In this document: piece by piece, positions 1 through 9,813 of the stretch
Position numbering within the stretch: the first letter of the stretch is position 1
Layout: every line of letters begins with the position of its first letter
Assembly (NCBI GenBank): GCA_963850905.1
Contig: CAWKMU010000004.1
Location: 640,001 to 704,000 of the forward strand
Length of the DNA: 64,000 bases
DNA from: an uncultured Gemmatimonadales bacterium
Lineage (GTDB): Bacteria > Gemmatimonadota > Gemmatimonadetes > Gemmatimonadales > Gemmatimonadaceae
Direction: 5' to 3'
The notes under the pieces: generated by a model
What the model was told of the DNA's origin: nothing
Databases searched by the model: none
The model's input: only the letters and a program-made list of their open reading frames with translations
Translations under genes and position numbers: made by a program

Positions 1-1327
<1,327 letters not shown>

Positions 1328-1344
1328 TCACTCGTGGGGTGGGT

Positions 1345-1653
1345 TTAGCTGATGACCGCGAGTACGTCCGACTCGCGAAGGATGAGCAGCGGTTCATTGT
1401 CGATGGTGACTTCGGTGCCGCTGTATTTCCCATAGAGGATCCTGTCGCCGACCTTGACCTCCATGGGCACGCGCGTCCCTTCGTCGAAGCGGCCCGGCCC
1501 GGCGGCGACGATCTCGCCCTGCTGGGGCTTCTCCTTGGCTGTATCCGGGATATAGAGCCCGCCACGCTTCTGCTCCGTTTCTTCCATTGCCTTCACGACG
1601 ACCCGGTCTGCCAATGGACCGAGCCGGGTGGCGGTCGCACTTTTTGTCGCCAT
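1345..1653 (-). CDS. groES: Co-chaperonin GroES
   Basis: PLADRVVVK...[24 protein letters not shown]...KYSGTEV...[12 protein letters not shown]. Confidence 0.98.
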   Translation of the reverse strand: MATKSATATRLGPLADRVVVKAMEETEQKRGGLYIPDTAKEKPQQGEIVAAGPGRFDEGTRVPMEVKVGDRILYGKYSGTEVTIDNEPLLILRESDVLAVIS

Positions 1654-1706
1654 GACGATCCCTCTCTCCGTGCTGATGGGCCTTGGGGAACCAACTCATT
1701 CTACCG

Positions 1707-1733
1707 TTAGCACTCATCGATGCTGAGTGCTAA
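1707..1733. promoter_or_regulatory. CIRCE operator (HrcA binding site)
   Basis: Perfect TTAGCACTC-N9-GAGTGCTAA upstream of groES. Confidence 0.97.
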
Positions 1734-1741
1734 CAAAGAGG

Positions 1742-1770
1742 AGTATACCCCACGCCGCGCACAGCGTCAA
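1742..1770 (-). promoter_or_regulatory. Sigma70-type promoter of groESL
   Basis: Minus strand TTGACG-N17-TATACT immediately upstream of CIRCE. Confidence 0.85.
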
Positions 1771-2001
1771 TAGCTAAATCGCGTTGCCACAAATATTTAT
1801 ACGGATGGTAACGGACACGAGTACGACCGAGCCTCCCTTTGCTCTTCACCATCTCGTGGCTGTTCCGGCTGCCGATCGAAGGGAGCTTCACCCCGGACGC
1901 TCCCGAAGGACGCGACAAATGACCGTCGCCAGCAGCCGTCTCATGCCGGTCGACCTAGACTAAAAGGCCAGCGTCTTTCACCGCGGACGGGAGGCAGCAG
2001 T

Positions 2002-2637
2002 ATGGCTCAAAGAATCGACGACTCAGCGTTGGACACACTCTTTCGTGAAGCGCGTACCTACACGGCGTGGCAGTCGCGACCGGTGGCCGATCAGACGATC
2101 CGGGATCTCTACGACCTTCTCAAGTGGGCGCCGACGAGCGCGAACGCCGAACCGGCGCGGTTTGCGTTTCTTCGGTCGAAGGAGGCCAAAGAACGGCTCC
2201 GTCCGGCGCTGGCCCCGGGCAATGTCGAGAAGACGATGACGGCTCCGGTTACCGTGATCGTGGCGTATGACCTCAAATTCTACGAGCAACTGCCCAAGCT
2301 GTTCCCGCATAGCCCGGGCATGAAGGGGCTGTTTGAGAGTAATCCCCAGTTCGTCGAGGCGACCGCCAAGCGGAATTCCAGCTTGCAGGGCGCATACCTG
2401 ATCCTGGCCGCACGGGCGCTCGGCCTCGATTGCGGGCCGATGTCCGGCTTCGATAACGCCAAGGTGGACGAGGAGTTCTTTGCCGCCGGGAAGCCGTGTT
2501 TCGGCTGCGATCAGGAATTCTTTCCTGAAGGGCACGTCAAGTCGAATTTCCTCTGCAACCTTGGGTACGGTGATCCAAGTACGTTGCTCCCTCGACTTCC
2601 ACGTTTGCCGTTCAACGAGGTGTGTTCCCTCCTATAG
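2002..2637 (+). CDS. rutE: Nitroreductase family, RutE/malonic semialdehyde reductase-like
   Basis: LFREART...WAPTSAN.EPARF...[28 protein letters not shown]...[19 protein letters not shown]. Confidence 0.85.
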   Translation: MAQRIDDSALDTLFREARTYTAWQSRPVADQTIRDLYDLLKWAPTSANAEPARFAFLRSKEAKERLRPALAPGNVEKTMTAPVTVIVAYDLKFYEQLPKLFPHSPGMKGLFESNPQFVEATAKRNSSLQGAYLILAARALGLDCGPMSGFDNAKVDEEFFAAGKPCFGCDQEFFPEGHVKSNFLCNLGYGDPSTLLPRLPRLPFNEVCSLL

Positions 2638-2641
2638 TCCC

Positions 2642-2665
2642 GTGGGCGAAGGGCGTGGCGCCCAC
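2642..2665. terminator. Possible hairpin between convergent genes
   Basis: GTGGGCG-N10-CGCCCAC right after the rutE-like stop; no U-tract. Confidence 0.3.
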
Positions 2666-2685
2666 CTACATCTCGTCGGCATTCC

Positions 2686-4197
2686 TCAAATCGGCACTGC
2701 CGCCGCAGACGCTGAAAGACTCGGCATCGATAACGTAGGGGATGACGTCATCCTGAAACTGATTGGGACCCGGGCCCGGATCGTTGTTCCACTGTGTGGC
2801 GTCGAGGTGATGAAAAGCTGCCCGCCTACCGCGGCCAGTCGTTCCTTCATGCTCGTCAGGCCAAGACCCCGCGCGCGGACAGCCTCGTCTGCTCGAAACC
2901 CGATCCCCGAATCACGCACCGCCAGCTCGATCGCGTCGTCCCCACCCTTGAGTGTGACTTCGAACGAGCGCGAGCCACTGTGTCGGATCGCGTTCTGAAG
3001 AGATTCCTGCAGCACGCGGTACAGGCACAAAGACTGCTCGTTCGATAGGTCTGGCGGGACGTTTTCGGAGTGATAGTCAACCTGCGCCTGCTCTCGATCG
3101 GCGAATTCGCGACAAAAACTGGGTGCTGCTGCGGCAAGCCCCAACAGCTCCAGCTTCGCGGAGTGTAGCCGGTGTGCCAGAGCCTGAACGTCTCTCCCAA
3201 GATCACCGAGTTGCGCGCTCACTGCCTCGATCTGCCTTACTAGATCAGGCGACGAGTCGGGAAGCCTCTGCTTCATGCCATCGAGCTGCACCGCCAGCAT
3301 GGCGAGTCGCTGATTGATGTCGTCGTGAAGCTCTCGGGCAATACGCGCGCGCTCTTCTTCCTGCGCTTGAATCAACCGACGGTGTACGGTCGAAAGAGCC
3401 TCCTGCGCGAGTTTGTGGTCGGTGATGTCGATGCACGATCCAATGTAGCCGGCGAAAGCGCCGTCCGCGAGGAATCTCGGTACTCCTACGTCCAAGACCC
3501 AGCGGTATTCCCCATCATGCCTCCGAAGACGGCACTCCTTCCTGAGAGGCTGTCGAGCATCAAATGCCGTGTAGTAGAGGATGCGGCACTGCTCGAAATC
3601 GTCAGGGTGCGTAACCGTGGCCAACCCCGATCGAAGCTCCGTCTCGAGGGTTCGGCCGGTAAAGTCCAGCCAGGTCTGGTTGAAATAGGTAGGCCGTTTG
3701 TCGGTCCCGGACATCCAAATCATCACGGGAGCCCCATTGGCCATTAGCCGGAAGCGCTCTTCGCTCTCCCGCTGACGCGCCTCTGCCAGCTTGCGTTCCG
3801 TGACGTCATGGAGAATACAGGCGACTCGATCAATGCCGTTGGCGCCCTCGATAGGAAAGTACGAGACCAAGAGCTCTCGCTCGCCCACCAACGGATACGT
3901 GTCTCTCTTCTCGTACCTGACGACCTTGCCTTGAAAGCATTCGTCCAGTCGCTCCTTGACCACTGTCTCAAACATTTCTTTGCCCAAGACATCGTAGACG
4001 AAGCGACCGACCACTTCCTCCTTCGTCGCCTGGCGCATCTGCAACAACCTGGCATTCGCGCTCAGATACCGGTACTCTCGGTCAACGACCAAGATCATCT
4101 CTTCCGCGCCTTCCACCGCCCTTTGGTATTCCTGCAGCCTGCTTGCAGCGAACTCGAGGGCGGTCACGTCACGGCTTTGTCGTTTCATGGTATTCAA
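2686..4197 (-). CDS. Cytoplasmic PAS-PAS sensor histidine kinase (HisKA_3/NarX type)
   Basis: Two PAS/PAC segments; EEERARIARELHDDINQ H-box; QESLQNAIRHS N-box; DSGIGF and GLGL G-boxes. Start may be the ATG at 4188. Confidence 0.92.
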   Translation of the reverse strand: MNTMKRQSRDVTALEFAASRLQEYQRAVEGAEEMILVVDREYRYLSANARLLQMRQATKEEVVGRFVYDVLGKEMFETVVKERLDECFQGKVVRYEKRDTYPLVGERELLVSYFPIEGANGIDRVACILHDVTERKLAEARQRESEERFRLMANGAPVMIWMSGTDKRPTYFNQTWLDFTGRTLETELRSGLATVTHPDDFEQCRILYYTAFDARQPLRKECRLRRHDGEYRWVLDVGVPRFLADGAFAGYIGSCIDITDHKLAQEALSTVHRRLIQAQEEERARIARELHDDINQRLAMLAVQLDGMKQRLPDSSPDLVRQIEAVSAQLGDLGRDVQALAHRLHSAKLELLGLAAAAPSFCREFADREQAQVDYHSENVPPDLSNEQSLCLYRVLQESLQNAIRHSGSRSFEVTLKGGDDAIELAVRDSGIGFRADEAVRARGLGLTSMKERLAAVGGQLFITSTPHSGTTIRARVPISFRMTSSPTLSMPSLSASAAAVPI

Positions 4198-4230
4198 TGC
4201 GAGGTGGCATATAGGGCCTTCGCAATGCGT

Positions 4231-5154
4231 TCACCGGGAATACACGGCCACGTGCTCGGCACAAATATGCCGGAGCGTGGAATCGTCTGCTCTACCTCCG
4301 AGCGCCGGGTACGGGCACAGAATGTCTACGGCATGGCCGGCGATCAAGGTGTTACCCAACTGCTCGAGCCCAATCGCCTCCTCCGTTTTGCCTCCTGCCC
4401 ACAAGCGACCTGCCCGCTCGGCCCAAATGACAACACGGGGTTGCTCGTTCCCTTGTCTCGAGACTGCGTCTCTCAGTCTTGTGACCGTCTCGGGAAATCG
4501 CACCGGGTTCGGTGGCTCATCCGCGTTCCACGCGACACATGTTCCTCCATCGATGGCCGCGCCGATATCCACGCCGCGTCCGGCCAATCGCTGGAACGCC
4601 TGGTCGCGGTGAGCGTCGGTAATCCATAGGAGAGCCGCGTTCCCCGCTTCGAGGCTTGCGGCAACAGAACGAGTCAGATTCTCCAGATGAACCTCCTCGT
4701 TAGAGCAGAGAAGCAACTCGTGGCGATAGCGCGCCCGAGGTTCCATGATCTCAACGAAGTCCAGACCTTTGCCAACGAACCGTGCGCCCGCAAGGATGCT
4801 GTTGACGGCGACGAACAGCTCGATTTGGGCGCGCGACTTCAGAACGTACCCCGATACGCCGGCGATCAGCGCCTCACGCAGCACGTCACCGGACGACTCT
4901 TGGCTCACCACCAGGATTCTGGAATGCGGAGCCAGTTCACGCATGCGGCGGGCGGCCTCCAGACCATAGAGCTTGGGCAAGCCGAGATCAAGTAGAACCA
5001 CATCCGGTTGCAGCTCTCTGACCTTCGCGACCGCTTCCAATCCATCTGCCGCCTCGCCTGCGACTCGAAACTCTGGCCTGCGCTGAAACGACGAACAAAT
5101 GAATCGGCGGAACTGTTCGTGGTCCTCGACGACCAGAATAGTCACCGGAACCAT
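4231..5154 (-). CDS. Response regulator, NarL-type REC domain plus C-terminal MEDS-like domain
   Basis: ILVVEDH...PDVVLLDLGLP...GYVLK; the C-terminus (RHELLLCS...AIGLEQL...DILCPY...ICAEH) resembles MEDS rather than an HTH. Confidence 0.8.
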   Translation of the reverse strand: MVPVTILVVEDHEQFRRFICSSFQRRPEFRVAGEAADGLEAVAKVRELQPDVVLLDLGLPKLYGLEAARRMRELAPHSRILVVSQESSGDVLREALIAGVSGYVLKSRAQIELFVAVNSILAGARFVGKGLDFVEIMEPRARYRHELLLCSNEEVHLENLTRSVAASLEAGNAALLWITDAHRDQAFQRLAGRGVDIGAAIDGGTCVAWNADEPPNPVRFPETVTRLRDAVSRQGNEQPRVVIWAERAGRLWAGGKTEEAIGLEQLGNTLIAGHAVDILCPYPALGGRADDSTLRHICAEHVAVYSR

Positions 5155-5587
5155 CGAACGTCCATCAGCAGGCCGTTTGGGCTCACGGGGTCGTGCCGGA
5201 GCCTAGTCCGTTCGAATGGCCACCAAATCACCAGTTCGATTCTCCAAGAAGACGAGGGAAGAACGCGTAGTGGCCACGAATCCTCGACAGTCGATCTCGC
5301 CACATCGTTGGCACACGCTGGGGTCTTTGCTGTAATACGTCCAATGGATGCCACGGGCAACCCAACCGGTCTACGAGGCCAGGCTTCAGCTGGTGGGTGA
5401 AACGCCGCCGCGTAGGCTGGACGGCACCCCAGCAGGCGCGACCAAGCCCTATATCTCAGCCTTACAGGGATCGGATCGCGTACTTATTGAGGAGCTAGGT
5501 ACTATGTAGGCACCCACGTGTGGTACAATGCGAGGAAGCCCCCCCGTTAGGTCATTGGAGAAGCCATAAATCAGGAAGGGAGCGCTG

Positions 5588-6655
5588 ATGCCGCGTCCAC
5601 ACGATGATATGACCGCCGATCCGCTGCACAATGTTGCGCTCCAGTTGGTCTCGGGGGGACGCGGGCTGCTCGCCGCCGACGAAAGTGTCGGGACGGCCAA
5701 CCGGCGCTTCGCACCGCTCGGAATTCCACAGACCGAGGCAATGCGCCGTGCGTATCGAGAAGTCTTGTTCACGGCGCCGGACCTGGGGCGCTACATCAAT
5801 GGCGTGATTCTCTTCGACGAGACCATCCGTCAGAATCGCAGCGATGGCGTGAGCTTCGTTCGGACGTTGCAAGACGGCGGGATGATCCCCGGGATCAAGC
5901 CGGATAAGGGCACAGTCGATCTCGCCTTGCACCCGGGCGAACAGGTAACGGAGGGGCTCGACGGACTGGCCGCCAGGGTCGCTGAGTATGTCCGGCTGGG
6001 AGCGAAGTTCGCCAAATGGCGCGCTGTCGTCTCGATCGGCCCTGGCACGCCGACGGATGGCGCACTGCACGCAAACGCGCACGCCCTCGCGCGGTATGCA
6101 GCCATTTGCCAGGCGGGCGGACTCGCTCCGATCGTGGAGTGTGAAGTTCTGATGGACGGCGGCCGTACGCATACCATCGAGCAGTCGTTCGTCGCACACG
6201 AGCGCGCGCTCCGGTCCGTGTTCGACGCGTTGGCCGATCAGGGCGTCGCGCTCGAGCGCATGCTGCTCAAGCCGAGCATGGTCATACCAGGCGAGAAATC
6301 CGCCCAGGTGGTGAGCGCGAACGACGTCGCCACCGCCACGTTGCAATGCTTCGAGCGCTGGGTGCCGGCGGCCGTGGTCGGCATCGCGTTTCTCTCCGGT
6401 GGTCAGGGGCCCGAAGCAGCAACGGCAAACCTCAACGAGATCAATCGCGTCGCACAGAACGAACGCGTGCCATGGCCACTGACGTTCTCATACAGCCGTG
6501 CGCTGGAGCAGCCGGCGCTTGCCGCATGGAACGGAAATGACGCAAACACGGGGCGCGCGCAGCGAGAGTTGCTCAAGCGCGCCAGGTTGAACTCGCTGGC
6601 GGCACAAGGGAAGTATGAGCCGAATATGGAGGCCGACTCGACAACAACCCTCTAA
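5588..6655 (+). CDS. Class I fructose-bisphosphate aldolase
   Basis: GLLAADES, GIKPDKG, EGLDGL, FAKWRAV, LLKPSMV, FLSGGQ, TFSYSRAL motifs. Confidence 0.95.
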   Translation: MPRPHDDMTADPLHNVALQLVSGGRGLLAADESVGTANRRFAPLGIPQTEAMRRAYREVLFTAPDLGRYINGVILFDETIRQNRSDGVSFVRTLQDGGMIPGIKPDKGTVDLALHPGEQVTEGLDGLAARVAEYVRLGAKFAKWRAVVSIGPGTPTDGALHANAHALARYAAICQAGGLAPIVECEVLMDGGRTHTIEQSFVAHERALRSVFDALADQGVALERMLLKPSMVIPGEKSAQVVSANDVATATLQCFERWVPAAVVGIAFLSGGQGPEAATANLNEINRVAQNERVPWPLTFSYSRALEQPALAAWNGNDANTGRAQRELLKRARLNSLAAQGKYEPNMEADSTTTL

Positions 6656-7610
6656 GGAGCGATCGACGAAGACGCGCCCATCCTCAGCCGTTTGGGATGT
6701 CCCCTGCGACACCCGAGAAGCCGTCGTCGGAACCGGCGACCGGTCCGTGCATTTGACGAACCTCGACAAAGTCTTCTGGCCGCGACTGGGAACGACGAAA
6801 GGCGACCTACTCAGATACTACGTCGCCGTCGCCCCGGCGCTTGTGCCTCACCTGGTTGGTCGCGCCATGGTAATGAAGCGGTATCCGCACGGCATTGACG
6901 GTCCGTTCTTCTTCATGAAGCGCACGCCGACACCGCGCCCCAGCTGGCTCTCAATGTGCTCCATTCGACACGCGTCCGGAAACGTCATTGACTTTCCCAT
7001 CGTTGATGACCCAGCCGCGCTCCTCTGGATGGTCAACCTGGGCTGTATCGACCTCAATCCGTGGTACGCACGGTGTGACGACGTGGATCGGCCGGATTAT
7101 CTGCACTTCGATCTCGACCCGACCCCGCGCACGCCGTTTGCGCTGGTACGGGAGGCAGCGCTGCTAGTCCGTGACGCGCTCGCAGAGCAGGGCATGCCTG
7201 CCTTCCCCAAGACTACGGGATCTCGCGGAGTGCACATCTACGTTCCGATCCGCAGAGGGCCCACGCAAAAGACCGTGTGGACAGTTGCCAAGGAGCTCGC
7301 GCGCACCCTGGCTGCGCAAGTACCGCGCGTGCTCACCGCGGAGTATCGCGTTGCACGCCGTCCCCAGCGGCGCGTACTGATAGACTACAATCAGAACGCG
7401 TGGGGGCGGACCTTGGCGTCGGTGTATTCGGTCCGGCCGACACCCTTGGCGACGGTGTCGACCCCAGTGACGTGGGAAGAAATGGAAGCCGGCGTGGAGA
7501 CTGAGGACTTTCGTCTCTCCAACGTTCCCGAACGCGTCCGCGCGCTGGGAGATCTCTGGGCCGATGTGGACCGGCCAGGCGGGCGCTTCGACCTTCGACG
7601 GGTGGTCTGA
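6615..7610 (+). CDS. Stand-alone LigD-type primase-polymerase domain protein (PolDom/Prim-PolC-like)
   Basis: LTNLDKVFWP...KGDLLRYY...RYPHGI...FDLDP...KTTGSRGVHIYVP...IDYNQN...YSVRP...VSTPVTWEE; start uncertain. Confidence 0.92.
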   Translation: MSRIWRPTRQQPSKERSTKTRPSSAVWDVPCDTREAVVGTGDRSVHLTNLDKVFWPRLGTTKGDLLRYYVAVAPALVPHLVGRAMVMKRYPHGIDGPFFFMKRTPTPRPSWLSMCSIRHASGNVIDFPIVDDPAALLWMVNLGCIDLNPWYARCDDVDRPDYLHFDLDPTPRTPFALVREAALLVRDALAEQGMPAFPKTTGSRGVHIYVPIRRGPTQKTVWTVAKELARTLAAQVPRVLTAEYRVARRPQRRVLIDYNQNAWGRTLASVYSVRPTPLATVSTPVTWEEMEAGVETEDFRLSNVPERVRALGDLWADVDRPGGRFDLRRVV

Positions 7611-7615
7611 CGCGA

Positions 7616-8683
7616 GTGGCACTCTCCATTGAAAGCCGCTTTGCCCCGGCGGAAGCCAAGCCGGTGCACGACTTGCCGGTCGGTCCGGAGTGGTCGTACG
7701 AACCGAAATGGGATGGCTTTCGTTGCCTGGCATTTCGAGACCGGGAGCAGGTGTCGCTCATGTCGAAGGCCGGGAAGCCGTTGACGCGATACTTCCCGGA
7801 CGTCGTCGCGACCATCCTGGCACTCCGCGCGCAGCGATTGGTTCTCGATGGGGAGATCGTCGTACCAGCCGGCGGAACACTGTCTTTTGATCAGTTGTTG
7901 CAACGCATTCATCCGGCTGCCAGCCGCGTGCGCATGTTGGCCGCGAGCTTCCCCGCTCTGCTCATCGCGTTCGACATTCTGGCGATCGGCGAGACGTCCC
8001 TGATCGACCGCCCATTTGCCGAACGACGCCGGCGACTCGAGTCATTCGTGCGCCAGTTCGGCGTGACCGTGTCCGGGCTGCGGCTGTCGCCGATGACGCG
8101 CAGCGCCGTGGTGGCGCGGCGTTGGCTCGGTGGTGAGCGGCGCGGCCTCAATGGCGTCGTCGCGAAGCGGCTGGATCTGCCTTACGAGTCCGGAAAGCGC
8201 ACGGGGATGGAGAAGGTCAAGAACGTCCACACAGCGGACTGCGTCGTCGGCGGCTTCAGGTACGCCTCAAAAGGCCGAGCGATCGGATCGCTATTGCTCG
8301 GCCTCTACGATGCCGCTGGGCTCCTTGACCACGTCGGATTCGTGTCGTCGTTCACGTCGGCGGAGCGAGCAACGTTGGCGTCGCGCGTCACGCCCCTCGT
8401 TGGTGGATCGGGCTTCACGGGACGGGCGCCGGGCGGCCCCAGTCGGTGGAGCACCGAACGGTCGGGCCAGTGGATTCCACTTCGCCCCGCTCTCGTTGTC
8501 GAAGTTGCCTACGACCACTTTGCCGACGGCCGCTTCCGTCACGGAACCGCTTTTCGTCGTTGGCGTCCAGACAAGGCCCCACGACAGTGCACGACGGCCC
8601 AGCTGCGTGCCGAAGGGCGCTCTGCCCTTCATCTGCTGCGCCTCGGCGCCAACCCCAAACGCACGGACGCCCGACGGTCGTGA
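7616..8683 (+). CDS. ligC: ATP-dependent DNA ligase, LigC type
   Basis: YEPKWDGFR (motif I), LDGEIV, AFDIL, TADCVVGGFRY, GSLLLGLYD, PGGPSRW, FRHGT...RWRPDK. Confidence 0.9.
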   Translation: MALSIESRFAPAEAKPVHDLPVGPEWSYEPKWDGFRCLAFRDREQVSLMSKAGKPLTRYFPDVVATILALRAQRLVLDGEIVVPAGGTLSFDQLLQRIHPAASRVRMLAASFPALLIAFDILAIGETSLIDRPFAERRRRLESFVRQFGVTVSGLRLSPMTRSAVVARRWLGGERRGLNGVVAKRLDLPYESGKRTGMEKVKNVHTADCVVGGFRYASKGRAIGSLLLGLYDAAGLLDHVGFVSSFTSAERATLASRVTPLVGGSGFTGRAPGGPSRWSTERSGQWIPLRPALVVEVAYDHFADGRFRHGTAFRRWRPDKAPRQCTTAQLRAEGRSALHLLRLGANPKRTDARRS

Positions 8684-8747
8684 GGGGCGTAACGGTGGCC
8701 GGGGACGGCCAGCTCAATGGTTTCGGACACCTATCACATGATATTTC

Positions 8748-9740
8748 TTGAGAACCGTGACATCCGAGCCCTTACGATCGCCATCGATTTCCGTCCCGGA
8801 TGATGGGGGAACGGTGTTGAGGAATCGCATTCCATTTCGCGTTCAGCCCATGCTGGCGACGCTCGTTGCTGAGCCATTCGATCGACCCGGGTGGGTCTAC
8901 GAAGAGAAATACGACGGAGATAGGATTCTCGCCTACAAAGAGGGCCACCGGGTCCGGCTGCTTTCCAGGAATGGCAAGGATCGCACGGACCGGCTGCCAC
9001 ACATAGCGGCCGCCATCGGGAGTCTTCAACCCGTCACCCTGTTGCTCGACGGGGAAGTCGTTGTGTTTGATAAAAAAGGAGTCTCGCGATTCCAGTTGGT
9101 CCAGCAGAGTAAAGGTGATCCGGTGTACGCGGTGTTTGACTGCCTGTATTGTGAGGGCAAGGATGTACGGCGTGCGCCTCTCTCCGAACGGCGCGGCGTA
9201 ATGGAGAGGGCGATCGGATCGAGTGAGCTGCTATTGCCGTCGCACAGACTCGCGAGCAACGGGCTCCAGGCTTTTCGCATTGCACGGCGCCGAGGATACG
9301 AGGGTCTAGTTGCGAAGGACCTGTCCTCCCCGTACGTCGAAGGGCGCTCGACGGCGTGGTTGAAAGTCAAAGTGCACCAGGAGGACGAGTTCGTGATCGC
9401 CGGCTACACGGAACCGTCCGGGTCCCGGCAACATTTTGGTGCCCTTCTGCTCGGCGCGTACGACAAGGAGAAGCTGCACTATGTCGGCAAGGTCGGCACG
9501 GGGTTCGATCGAAACGCCCTCGGCGCGTTGTACCGACAATTTCAGCCGTTCGTCAGATCACGATCGGCGCTGGTGGACCCCCCGCGTGAGCAGGGCCTTG
9601 TGTTTCTTGCGCCGCGGCTCGTCGCTCAGGTCTCGTACCAGGAGTGGACCGCTGACCGGAAGCTGCGACAGCCGGTCTTTCTGGGCCTGCGCCACGACAA
9701 ACGTCCGCGAGACGTGATCCTGCCAGAGGCGCACGCGTGA
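8748..9740 (+). CDS. ligD: NHEJ-type ATP-dependent DNA ligase (LigD ligase domain only)
   Basis: PMLATL...EEKYDGDR, LDGEVV, VFDCL, EGLVAK, WLKVK, EFVIAGYT, GALLLG, YVGKVGTGF, LRQPVFLGLR.DK. Confidence 0.9.
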   Translation: MRTVTSEPLRSPSISVPDDGGTVLRNRIPFRVQPMLATLVAEPFDRPGWVYEEKYDGDRILAYKEGHRVRLLSRNGKDRTDRLPHIAAAIGSLQPVTLLLDGEVVVFDKKGVSRFQLVQQSKGDPVYAVFDCLYCEGKDVRRAPLSERRGVMERAIGSSELLLPSHRLASNGLQAFRIARRRGYEGLVAKDLSSPYVEGRSTAWLKVKVHQEDEFVIAGYTEPSGSRQHFGALLLGAYDKEKLHYVGKVGTGFDRNALGALYRQFQPFVRSRSALVDPPREQGLVFLAPRLVAQVSYQEWTADRKLRQPVFLGLRHDKRPRDVILPEAHA

Positions 9741-9813
9741 AGGGCGCCGCGCCCGGCGGCGAAACGTGCCACTTCGCCGATTTGCGGCCCGCGTGGCCAG
9801 CGACGATTGGCGC

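Noticed and set aside
5308..5332. Sigma54 promoter candidate (TGGCAC...TTGC)
   Set aside because: Spacing between the GG and GC elements is wrong
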